Assembly: GCA_001600815.1 (NCBI GenBank)
Contig: BCKZ01000013.1
Coordinates: 186,001-250,000, forward strand
DNA length: 64,000 nt
Reading direction: 5' to 3'
From: Alloascoidea hylecoeti
Lineage: Eukaryota
Below the pieces are notes generated by a model. That model was not told the origin of the DNA. It did no database searches and saw nothing but the letters and a program-made list of their open reading frames with translations. This document shows positions 63,558 to 64,000 of this stretch, one piece after another. Each line of letters opens with the position of its first letter. The first letter of the stretch is position 1. Position numbers and translations under genes: made by a program.

Positions 63558-63832
63558 ATGGCTTTTATAAATAATTCATTAACCTCATACGTTGATAAAA
63601 AATTCTTTTTATTTCTTGGATTACTTATGGTACGGGAAGTTCAAGCTCATTCTGAGGATTTATCTCAAATAATCAGTCAAGATGTAAGTCTTTAAATTTA
63701 TGATTAAAATTGAAAAGAAGATGAATTAGGCACATTGAAGCAGTACTAACTTATGATTAATTATAGGAACTTTTGAAATCATCATTAGTCTTAATATCAA
63801 TCCTAAGAGTTACATCAATCATTAATATTTAA
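63558..63832 (+). CDS. Candidate spliced 63-aa microprotein (absent from the ORF track)
   Basis: aaacacaATGg start context; exon 1 63558-63683; intron 63684-63766 with GTAAGT, TACTAAC and TAG; exon 2 63767-63832 in frame; TATAAA near 63518. Confidence 0.45.
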
Positions 63833-64000
63833 TCCTCCAGTTTATATTTAGTTTTTACGGTCATTTTTATCGTTGTTGATAGGGGTTTTCACTTTGAATT
63901 TTATAAAAGGGTACATGTTTCAAAATTTCCTTCGTTATTTTCTATTTAAAATGCGTTTCTGTTTGTTATTATTATTGTTCAATATATAAAGAATCTAAAA

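Overview
AT-rich, intron-containing fungal chromosomal DNA. The gene set (PIL1/LSP1, AZF1, ASG1-like, YPT35, IRC22, SVF1, THI20-like, FKH, DBP2) points to a budding yeast. It has many short introns (GT donors such as GTAAGT/GTATGT, CTAAC-type branch points, YAG acceptors). A CTG codon sits at a conserved Leu, which argues against the CUG-Ser clade, so an early-diverging Saccharomycotina lineage is plausible (inference). About 24 protein-coding genes can be supported. Several are spliced and are broken up or missed by the ORF track: a 5-exon cytochrome b5, a 3-exon UBL3/MUB-type CAAX ubiquitin-fold protein, a degenerate Rad51 paralog and a candidate 63-aa spliced microprotein. The most notable unexplained structures are: (1) three dispersed, independently inactivated copies of an unrecognised ~0.6-kb unit, one carrying a duplication-flanked poly(A)-type insertion; (2) an open, DDE-less pogo/Fot1 DNA-binding ORF with decayed relatives elsewhere in the window; (3) a long nested rod-like RNA pairing across the 788-nt DBP2 intron; (4) a PAS-less PSK-type kinase with an altered catalytic loop; and (5) a tandem small-HSP duplicate rebuilt by internal duplications. 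No rRNA, tRNA or CRISPR array was seen. All family calls rest on motif recognition from memory; no database searches were run.
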